NCBI GenBank assembly: GCA_045596565.1
Contig: JAZOCQ010000154.1
Coordinates: 1 to 33,850 of the forward strand
Direction: 5' to 3'
From: Acutalibacteraceae bacterium
Lineage (GTDB): Bacteria > Bacillota > Clostridia > Oscillospirales > Acutalibacteraceae
DNA: 33,850 nucleotides
Below, piece by piece: positions 16,308-22,895 of the stretch. Each line of letters starts with the position of its first letter. The stretch's first letter is position 1. A program made the position numbers and the translations under genes. The notes beneath the pieces are model-generated. The model was not told the origin of the DNA and ran no database searches. It worked only from the letters and a program-made list of their open reading frames with translations.

Positions 16308-17048
16308 TTACAACCATTCTAATGCCATTGCAATCGCATGTGCCTTTTCAATCGACTGTATGCCGCCTACTGATTTGGCAATATGTCTACCCGCCACATC
16401 AAAGTTCGGGCGTCTGTCAGTCAAGTTATGACAATCACTGCCAAAAATCACCGGGACTCCCTGCTCTATCCACCGACGTACCCGTTTACGGGCGGGTTTA
16501 AACAGCATATCCTCGGTATTCACCTGCACCAAAGCATCGGGAAAGGTATAGAGTTCCGCGAAATCTTCGTCACTGTAGTAAGCGGCATACCGCGGTAAAT
16601 GTGCAAATATCGGTTTGCATCCTTGTTCAAAACACACCGCTTCAATTTCTTCTATCATCCAATTATCCAGCTGTGCATACGGCATTTCGAGCAGCATATA
16701 TGCCGACTCGCCGATGCACAGTTTTTGAATATCACGCGCGGTGGACAACCCTTTTTCCAAGCGCACCTCTGCACCTATAACCAAGCGTGGCACATCTTCG
16801 GTGTATGCCGATTGCAATGTTTGCAAAGCGGCGTCCCGCCGCCCCAAAAAAGCAGCGGGTGTTTCTGCATGCGCAAAATAATGCGGGGTAAGTAACACCG
16901 TTTGCACACCGTATTTGCGCGACAGCGTCAGCATTTCAACTGCTTGCTGGACATCCCGCGCGCCGTCGTCCATGCCCGGTAAAATATGGGTATGGCAATC
17001 AATCTTCAGAGGATTCTTGTTTGCTCGTATACACATACTTATATCCAT
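16308..17048 (-). CDS. PHP-family protein-tyrosine phosphatase (CpsB/YwqE-like)
   Basis: IDCHTHILPGMDDGA matches the CpsB N-terminal metal motif. LLTPHY and GSDCHN also fit the family. The start is ATG 17048 or 17036, and both overlap the 3' end of the kinase gene. The longer track ORF start at 17237 is unlikely. Confidence 0.8.
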   Translation of the reverse strand: MDISMCIRANKNPLKIDCHTHILPGMDDGARDVQQAVEMLTLSRKYGVQTVLLTPHYFAHAETPAAFLGRRDAALQTLQSAYTEDVPRLVIGAEVRLEKGLSTARDIQKLCIGESAYMLLEMPYAQLDNWMIEEIEAVCFEQGCKPIFAHLPRYAAYYSDEDFAELYTFPDALVQVNTEDMLFKPARKRVRRWIEQGVPVIFGSDCHNLTDRRPNFDVAGRHIAKSVGGIQSIEKAHAIAMALEWL

Positions 17049-17742
17049 ACCGTTTTCTGTAATATTGCCGTTGTCCTTCCTCGGCTTCATAACGATAGTC
17101 ATTGATAATGACGCCAAGCAGATTGCCTTGCACGTTCTGCACTCTTTCGGTTGCTTCGCGCAAGTCGTCATAGGTAGTGCTATTATACCGGCTGAGCAAC
17201 ACCACGCCCGCCGCACGCGCCGCCAACACCAACGCATCGGTAACGACGTTCACGGGGGGCATATCTATAAACACATAATCATATTGTTCGGAAACCGTGT
17301 CGAGCAAAGTCGCCATACGATTAGAACCGAGCAATTCCGAAGGATTAGGCGGAATTGGACCGGACGGTATCAAATCCACGCCGGGCGCCACTTCCTTTTT
17401 CACGCACGCCTGCCAATCGTCCGGATTGGCCAAATAACGAGTCAAACCTTCTCCTTTGAGCACGTGGAACATACGATGCAAAGTGGGTTTGCGCAAATCG
17501 GCATCAATCAACAGCACCTTACTACCGGTCTGCGCCATCATCACGGCAAGGTTGCCGCAAACAGTGGATTTCCCAACGTTGGGTTCGGGAGACGATACGA
17601 TAATAATCTTCTTTTGAATGGGCGCAAGCGAGAACAATAAATTCGCGCGCAACTTTTTATAAGCTTCTACCACAAGGGCTACGTCATTTTTGGCATAAGA
17701 CAAATACGATTTGCCGGCTCGTTTTTTACGCATCATTTCCAT
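16999..17742 (-). CDS. Bacterial tyrosine kinase, cytoplasmic ATPase subunit (CpsD/CapB/PtkA-like BY-kinase)
   Basis: Walker A is SSPEPNVGKST, Walker A' is LLIDADLRKP and Walker B is YDYVFIDMPP. The C-terminal tyrosine cluster is YYRKRYGYKYVY. Confidence 0.88.
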   Translation of the reverse strand: MEMMRKKRAGKSYLSYAKNDVALVVEAYKKLRANLLFSLAPIQKKIIIVSSPEPNVGKSTVCGNLAVMMAQTGSKVLLIDADLRKPTLHRMFHVLKGEGLTRYLANPDDWQACVKKEVAPGVDLIPSGPIPPNPSELLGSNRMATLLDTVSEQYDYVFIDMPPVNVVTDALVLAARAAGVVLLSRYNSTTYDDLREATERVQNVQGNLLGVIINDYRYEAEEGQRQYYRKRYGYKYVYTSKQESSED

Positions 17743-18442
17743 CTCCCTTTTTACGTGGTTTTACAGATTGTTCAAAATGCGGCACAACACCCAGTACAGG
17801 CACCTTCAAATTCTCTTTGAGCGCCGCTGTGGTTTTAACGGTTTTGTCTGTCAGATGTCGCAGCAAAACATACCCCGCCGCCGCCGCCGCGCCAAGCAAA
17901 AATCCAAGCGTCGTCATACGCGATACGTTCGGTGAGGTTTTTGAACCGGGCGAAGCCTTGCCAATCACCTTTATCGAACCGGCGGACACGACGTCGTTAA
18001 GCACTTGCGGTGCCAGTTCTGCCATCGCATTGCACACTTCTGCTGCGAAATTCGGGTCATCTGCCACTACTTTAATGCGCATCATAGCCGTATTGGCAAT
18101 GCTGGATAATGAAATCATATCCGAAAGCTCTTGTGCCGTCACGGGACGACTGAGCAACGGCAATATTCTATCAATGGTGGAGCGATTTTTCAGCACGTCT
18201 ACATATGTCAACGACAACCATTCCGCCGTCAGCAGATTGTTGTACGAGATATTATCCCCCGTATCCTGCATAGCGTCGGTCAAACTGGACACATACATTG
18301 TCACGCTGGTAACATATTTTTCCTCCATCAGGAAATTGGCTGCCGCGCCTAAGAGAATGGCACCGATGACAGCAAATATCAATAGCAATTTCCACTTAGA
18401 AATCAGCAGTCTGTATATAACCTGCAAATCTAACTGTTGCAT
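17726..18442 (-). CDS. Wzz/CpsC-type transmembrane modulator of the BY-kinase
   Basis: I prefer ATG 18442 after GGAGG. An N-terminal TM (LLLIFAVIGAILLGAAANFL) and a C-terminal TM (TTLGFLLGAAAAAGYVLL) bracket a periplasm-like domain. It overlaps the downstream kinase gene. Confidence 0.8.
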   Translation of the reverse strand: MQQLDLQVIYRLLISKWKLLLIFAVIGAILLGAAANFLMEEKYVTSVTMYVSSLTDAMQDTGDNISYNNLLTAEWLSLTYVDVLKNRSTIDRILPLLSRPVTAQELSDMISLSSIANTAMMRIKVVADDPNFAAEVCNAMAELAPQVLNDVVSAGSIKVIGKASPGSKTSPNVSRMTTLGFLLGAAAAAGYVLLRHLTDKTVKTTAALKENLKVPVLGVVPHFEQSVKPRKKGDGNDA

Positions 18443-18473
18443 ATAAAACGCCTCCACACTTTGTTTTTAAATC

Positions 18474-18947
18474 TTATGCTTTATACTGACGACCGCCTTT
18501 ACGACGGCAAACTTTTACCAAATAATACAACGCAAACACCAACAACATGGCGGTGACACCACCCGCGGCATCCAACCATACGTCCGCAATAGCCGGACCA
18601 CGCGCAGAAAATATCTGGATGGTTTCATCCACAAAGCCTACCGTAAAAATGAAGCCGATAATGTTGGATATATCGCGTCTGACAAGCTTGTGCCCGCACA
18701 AATGATACAGCGTCAACTCTAATCCCAACACAAAAAACTCAGCAAAATGCGCCAGCTTTCGCACCGTATGCGAAGTGAGTTCCAGCGGTATACCAATCGT
18801 TTGCAAGATGTTTTGTAAAAACGTATGTACCGTACCGCTTTGATTGAGCGAAGTATTCTTCCCCACTATCGAGTGACTGAATATAAACAACACCGTAGCA
18901 ATTATCAGCACCAGTAGCAGGATGCGTCCCACTTTTTTCTTATTCAA
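18474..18947 (-). CDS. VanZ-family membrane protein
   Basis: RKLAHFAEFFVLGL and DETIQIFSARGPAIADVWLDAAGG are VanZ-like motifs. I prefer the TTG at 18947, which lies 6 nt after GAGGAGG and overlaps the ABC gene stop (TTGAATAA). Confidence 0.7.
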   Translation of the reverse strand: MNKKKVGRILLLVLIIATVLFIFSHSIVGKNTSLNQSGTVHTFLQNILQTIGIPLELTSHTVRKLAHFAEFFVLGLELTLYHLCGHKLVRRDISNIIGFIFTVGFVDETIQIFSARGPAIADVWLDAAGGVTAMLLVFALYYLVKVCRRKGGRQYKA

Positions 18948-20592
18948 AGGAATCCTCCTCAAATCTGCCGTCCTGTATGCGCAACACACGGTCGCAAACC
19001 GCAGTAGTAGCAGGGCGATGCGAAACATAGATACAAGTAGTATCCGGTAATGCTCGCAAGTTTGTCAAAACACGCTGTTCAGTTTCAGCATCCAATGCAG
19101 AGGTCGCCTCATCCAACAGCAATATCGGCGCACCGTATAACACGCCACGTGCGATAGACAGACGTTGCAACTGCCCGTCGGACAAACCCATACCTCTTTC
19201 ACCGAGCATCGTATCCAAGCCGTTGGGCAATTCACGGACAGTATCCGCAATTTCTGCCACTTCCATCGCTTGCCAGATTTCCGCATCAGTGGCATCTTCA
19301 CGGCACAACATCAAATTTTGCTTAATGGTACCCGAAAGCAAGAAATTCCCTTGCGGCACATACGAAAAATACCGTCTGGTATCCGCACCCACGGGTATTT
19401 CTCCCGCATTGGTTTCACATACTAAGTTGCCGCTTTCCGGCTCCAAAAAACCAAGCAACATTTTAAACAATGTACTTTTGCCGATACCGGAATGGCCGAT
19501 AATGGCAATCGACTCTCCCGCGCACACCGCAAAATTGGCATTTTGAAACACCATATCACGGTCATATGAAAAACTGATATTCGTCATTTTCAGGCTACGG
19601 AATTTTGCTGCGGGAGCAATCGCAACATGCGGTTCATCCGGCAAATTTTCCAGTTCCATCAGACGTTCCGCGGAAGAAAGCATATTGTAATACTGCGGCA
19701 TAATACCCGACATACTGCGAAACGGCATTTGCACCTGCTGTACAATCTGTAAAAATGCCATCAAGGTACCAAACGTAATCATACCGCTGGCCAAGCGCCA
19801 GGCACCCCACGCCAACGCAATGTAATAACAACCCGTAAACAACAGATACATCGCCATATTGGCAAAACTGCTGGCATAACTGCGTTTCATACGATATTTG
19901 TAATTTACGGATTGCAGATTACGCAAACGGCGGCGGATAAACGGCACCATTTGAAACGCCTGCACCACCATCCAATTTTCAATACTTTCCTGCATGAAAA
20001 AGCGCGTATCCCCCTCGGATTCTTGACAACGCCTGTGTAACTTCTTAAGTTTACCGCCGTATAGGCGACTGAACAGTAGAAGTATCACACCTACCGTCAG
20101 CGCCACAACCGTAAACAGTTTGTCCATTACCACCAACACGACCAGTGCGGCAATCAAGCGGGTAAACAGAGATACGATATGCGGAATCAAGCTTGCTACC
20201 GTACCGGCAGTCACCGAGACGTCACCCGTCAAGCGATGCAACACATCACCCGAGGTGTACGCACTCACCTGTTGCCATTTTTTGCGGTATAACGCCGTAA
20301 ACACCCGCTCTTTCATACGCATCTCTATACGGGTGATATTATACGCTTGCAACACATGGTTGAAAACACCGAACACCGCCTGCAACAAAACGATGCCGAC
20401 AAGCAACCCGCTCTGCGCCCACATATCACCCGGCATCTGTCCGGTAGCCATATCCACCACGCGCTGTGACACCAACGCAAACGCCACATAACTCAGTGAA
20501 ATTAACACACCCACTAAAGTCTGCACCGCAATGCCGCCCAAAGAGCGACGTGCAATTTGCCATATCCAATTGTGCGTTGTTGTTTGTTTCAT
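18940..20592 (-). CDS. ABC exporter, fused permease/ATPase (type I exporter, MsbA/McjD-like architecture)
   Basis: I prefer ATG 20592 (MKQTTTHNWIWQ). A six-TM N-terminal half is followed by Walker A GHSGIGKST, signature LSDGQLQRLSIARG and Walker B ILLLDEATSALD. Confidence 0.88.
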   Translation of the reverse strand: MKQTTTHNWIWQIARRSLGGIAVQTLVGVLISLSYVAFALVSQRVVDMATGQMPGDMWAQSGLLVGIVLLQAVFGVFNHVLQAYNITRIEMRMKERVFTALYRKKWQQVSAYTSGDVLHRLTGDVSVTAGTVASLIPHIVSLFTRLIAALVVLVVMDKLFTVVALTVGVILLLFSRLYGGKLKKLHRRCQESEGDTRFFMQESIENWMVVQAFQMVPFIRRRLRNLQSVNYKYRMKRSYASSFANMAMYLLFTGCYYIALAWGAWRLASGMITFGTLMAFLQIVQQVQMPFRSMSGIMPQYYNMLSSAERLMELENLPDEPHVAIAPAAKFRSLKMTNISFSYDRDMVFQNANFAVCAGESIAIIGHSGIGKSTLFKMLLGFLEPESGNLVCETNAGEIPVGADTRRYFSYVPQGNFLLSGTIKQNLMLCREDATDAEIWQAMEVAEIADTVRELPNGLDTMLGERGMGLSDGQLQRLSIARGVLYGAPILLLDEATSALDAETEQRVLTNLRALPDTTCIYVSHRPATTAVCDRVLRIQDGRFEEDSFE

Positions 20593-20594
20593 AT

Positions 20595-21089
20595 TCAAAC
20601 CTTTTTTGTGAACAGTTTGCGCAACGCATGTACAATACGCGCAGCAAATCGTCTCCCTTTCAAAATAAACGGACGCAACGGTAAAATTGCTATCCACAAT
20701 TTAACATACAACCGATAAAAGCGTGAACGGCAGGAAATATATTTCCCCTTGCGGTAAAAACCGGCGGCTACCGCAACCACAGCAGAGCAAGGTATCCCAT
20801 ATTCCTTTTCCCATTGTCCGTCTCCACACAATGTATACGAAGTAGCGCCCAAATCCACAATACGGTGCAATACAAACTGTCCGTTTGCACGACGGTATAA
20901 CGGCACATCCCCTATTTGCAAGGATTCCTTTTCCGCTTTTTGCAGTACCACCTGGTCACGCCGATGGCGTAACAACGGATACATACTGTTACCGGTAACG
21001 GTCAGCACCACCTGCGAACCTTGGGCCATACAACTCTCCATCACCGGAGACAGTTCTTCCAAACTACTGAGCACAACTTGAGGTGCCAC
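20595..21089 (-). CDS. S24/S26-family peptidase-like protein, Ser/His (SipW/ER-type) variant without an N-terminal membrane anchor
   Basis: The GTG start at 21089 lies 8 nt after GGAGG. GNSMYPLL holds the Ser (codon 20985-20987). IGDVPLYRRANGQFVLHRIV puts a His (codon 20865-20867) where bacterial SPase I has the general-base Lys. The N-terminus is not hydrophobic. Confidence 0.65.
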   Translation of the reverse strand: MAPQVVLSSLEELSPVMESCMAQGSQVVLTVTGNSMYPLLRHRRDQVVLQKAEKESLQIGDVPLYRRANGQFVLHRIVDLGATSYTLCGDGQWEKEYGIPCSAVVAVAAGFYRKGKYISCRSRFYRLYVKLWIAILPLRPFILKGRRFAARIVHALRKLFTKKV

Positions 21090-21092
21090 GGC

Positions 21093-21359
21093 TTATTCCT
21101 CCAAAATGCCGTTGTCGCGCAACGCTTGCACGAATGTTTCCACATCCTGCCGTGCGCGTTCTTCAGCCACATCATATTCCGCGAGCAATGCCGCCGTCAA
21201 AGCATTTACATCACTTTCTTTTGTCAGTTCTTCCCAAAGAAAAGCACCGGTTTCGTTCAACGTAATCATACAACGGAAATCCACCGTTTGTGCACCGACC
21301 GGTACCACGATATAATTTTCTCCGACAATTTTTAAAACAAATCCTTCTTTGAGTTTCAT
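21093..21359 (-). CDS. PqqD-family protein (RiPP recognition element-type peptide chaperone)
   Basis: ITLNETGAFLWEEL...LTAALLAEYDVAEERARQDVETFVQALRDNGIL fits the PqqD winged-helix pattern. I prefer ATG 21359, 9 nt after AAGGAGG, over ATG 21368. Confidence 0.75.
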   Translation of the reverse strand: MKLKEGFVLKIVGENYIVVPVGAQTVDFRCMITLNETGAFLWEELTKESDVNALTAALLAEYDVAEERARQDVETFVQALRDNGILEE

Positions 21360-21374
21360 ATCGGACATCCTCCT

Positions 21375-22241
21375 TTATTCGCCAAACAGAGCGTTGCGCG
21401 CCGTATAGGCAGCATCCTCTTCCATCGTACAGGTCATCACGTAAACCGGCACTCTCTGTGCCAATTCTATCATACGGTCGGCCAGAATTGACCCCACTTT
21501 AGCATCATGATACGGTTGCACTACCTGACTTTGCAGGTGACACATACTTTCCGTAAAATCCAGACGGCGCAACGCATTCTGCTCGCCGCGGGTGACGAAC
21601 ACCACTGCGTGCAACGGCACGTGCTTATTCAGATTTAAACTGGTCTTACCACTCCACGGCGTACCGTACATTTGAATGCCGTCTTTTTCAAAACGCAAAG
21701 CGGGTTTATCGTCGTTGATATGCTCCACGTCGTCGCCGAAACATTTTTTCCACAAACCCGTATGGGTAGATTTTCCTGTCCCTGACGGCGCTGAAAAAAT
21801 CACACCGCACCCTTTATACGCAATCGCCGAACCGTGCAACACCGCACCGCCCAGCACTGCCAATCTGCAAGCAAAATCAAAACCCGCATACGAATGTTCC
21901 CAATCACCCGCACGCAACCCTTCCAATTGGTCGCCTGCAATAACGGTATTCGTTTCGGAAAAATCCGGTTGATACACACAAGACTGAAACAACTTGTCCG
22001 GATTTTTATAATGCATATAATGGCAATACTTACCGTCCGGCAATTTCACAACCGTTACGTTGCGAAACCGCAATACCTCCTCGCCATGTGCAGGCTGTAT
22101 ATCTTCTGCGGTGGAAACGGTGATACGCATAGTAGCAGCGCTGTCCGCGGGTGCAAAATACGCGGGATATCTTTCATAGAAAAAAGCGACATCGCCCATC
22201 TCCATATCAATCGGCAGCCCTGCCACTAAAAGCCGTTGCAC
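21375..22241 (-). CDS. HPr-kinase-C-terminal-domain-like P-loop protein (HprK-related / lasso-peptide-kinase-like)
   Basis: LHGSAIAYKGCGVIFSAPSGTGKSTHTGLW resembles the HPrK/P C-domain P-loop region. It lacks the HPrK N-terminal domain. The probable start is GTG 22241, 7 nt after GGGAGG (the track uses GTG 22247). Confidence 0.65.
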   Translation of the reverse strand: MQRLLVAGLPIDMEMGDVAFFYERYPAYFAPADSAATMRITVSTAEDIQPAHGEEVLRFRNVTVVKLPDGKYCHYMHYKNPDKLFQSCVYQPDFSETNTVIAGDQLEGLRAGDWEHSYAGFDFACRLAVLGGAVLHGSAIAYKGCGVIFSAPSGTGKSTHTGLWKKCFGDDVEHINDDKPALRFEKDGIQMYGTPWSGKTSLNLNKHVPLHAVVFVTRGEQNALRRLDFTESMCHLQSQVVQPYHDAKVGSILADRMIELAQRVPVYVMTCTMEEDAAYTARNALFGE

Positions 22242-22278
22242 GCGCACACCTCCCTATTTTCCAGCATACACATAAATA

Positions 22279-22307
22279 ATTATATATACTTTAATATGAA
22301 TTGTCAA
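22279..22307 (-). promoter_or_regulatory. Consensus sigma-A promoter driving the HprK-like/PqqD/peptidase/ABC operon
   Basis: The minus strand reads TTGACA (22307-22302), an exact 17-nt spacer, then TATAAT (22284-22279). It sits immediately after the tRNA terminator. Confidence 0.65.
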
Positions 22308-22321
22308 TGAATAATGTGCAT

Positions 22322-22352
22322 GAAAAAAATCCAAGTCCACAGACTTGGATTT
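22322..22352 (-). terminator. Rho-independent terminator after tRNA-Gly
   Basis: The minus strand reads AAAAAATCCAAGTC, loop TGTG, GACTTGGATTTTTTT. Confidence 0.8.
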
Positions 22353-22354
22353 TT

Positions 22355-22428
22355 TGGAGCGGAAGACGGGAATCGAACCCGCATATTCAGCTTGGGAAGC
22401 TGACGTTCTGCCACTGAACTACTCCCGC
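22355..22428 (-). tRNA. tRNA-Gly (anticodon CCC)
   Basis: The reverse complement is GCGGGAGTAGTTCAGTGGCAGAACGTCAGCTTCCCAAGCTGAATATGCGGGTTCGATTCCCGTCTTCCGCTCCA. It folds as a 74-nt cloverleaf with a 7-bp acceptor, D-arm GTTC/GAAC, anticodon stem TCAGC/GCTGA with loop TTCCCAA, the GGTTCGATTCC T-loop and an encoded CCA. Confidence 0.93.
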
Positions 22429-22476
22429 ACATATACCGCCGACCATTCTACCACAACCGACGGCGAAATGCAAGCG

Positions 22477-22788
22477 TCAATTTACACCCGCCACTTTCTC
22501 GCGGCAGTAGGCACAGTAAGTATCCCATAAATATTGACGGCTTTGCTCCAACCCCTGTGCAGTCATGGGAAAACACTGCTGCTCCACAGATTGCGCAACC
22601 GTGCTGCAAAACAAGCCGTACCATACCGTTACCAACAGTTCACCCGTATCCTTTTGCGGCACAATTTTATAATTCATTTCCTTGTAACTGCCGGTGTACG
22701 GATTGCCCTGCTCAAAATAATACACTTTCGGATATGCAAACGCACCGTTTTCCAAGCGACTCACCTTCTTTGTCCGATATGTGCCCAT
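22477..22788 (-). CDS. Hypothetical protein (103 aa)
   Basis: The open frame has plausible composition (MGTYRTKKVSRLENGAFAYPKVYYFEQGNPYTGSYKEMNYKIVPQKDTGELLVTVWYG...YCAYCREK). No motif was recognised. Confidence 0.45.
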   Translation of the reverse strand: MGTYRTKKVSRLENGAFAYPKVYYFEQGNPYTGSYKEMNYKIVPQKDTGELLVTVWYGLFCSTVAQSVEQQCFPMTAQGLEQSRQYLWDTYCAYCREKVAGVN

Positions 22789-22853
22789 TGTAGCACACTC
22801 TGCATCAAAATAAAAGGCGTTTTTTGTAAATTTCGAAAATTCTTTTCACAAAC

Positions 22854-22889
22854 AAAACGCCGCACAGCCTGTCGACTGTACAGCGTTTT
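22854..22889 (-). terminator. Rho-independent terminator after the surface-protein gene
   Basis: A 12-bp stem (AACGCTGTACAG / CTGTGCGGCGTT, two G-U pairs on the minus strand) is followed by TTGTTTGTG. Confidence 0.65.
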
Positions 22890-22895
22890 TATTTG

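Noticed and set aside
16915-17640. Plus-strand ORFs antisense to the BY-kinase and Wzz genes (16915..17640, 17817..18446).
   Set aside because: They are shadow frames of well-supported minus-strand genes that carry Walker motifs and TM topology. There are no RBSs.
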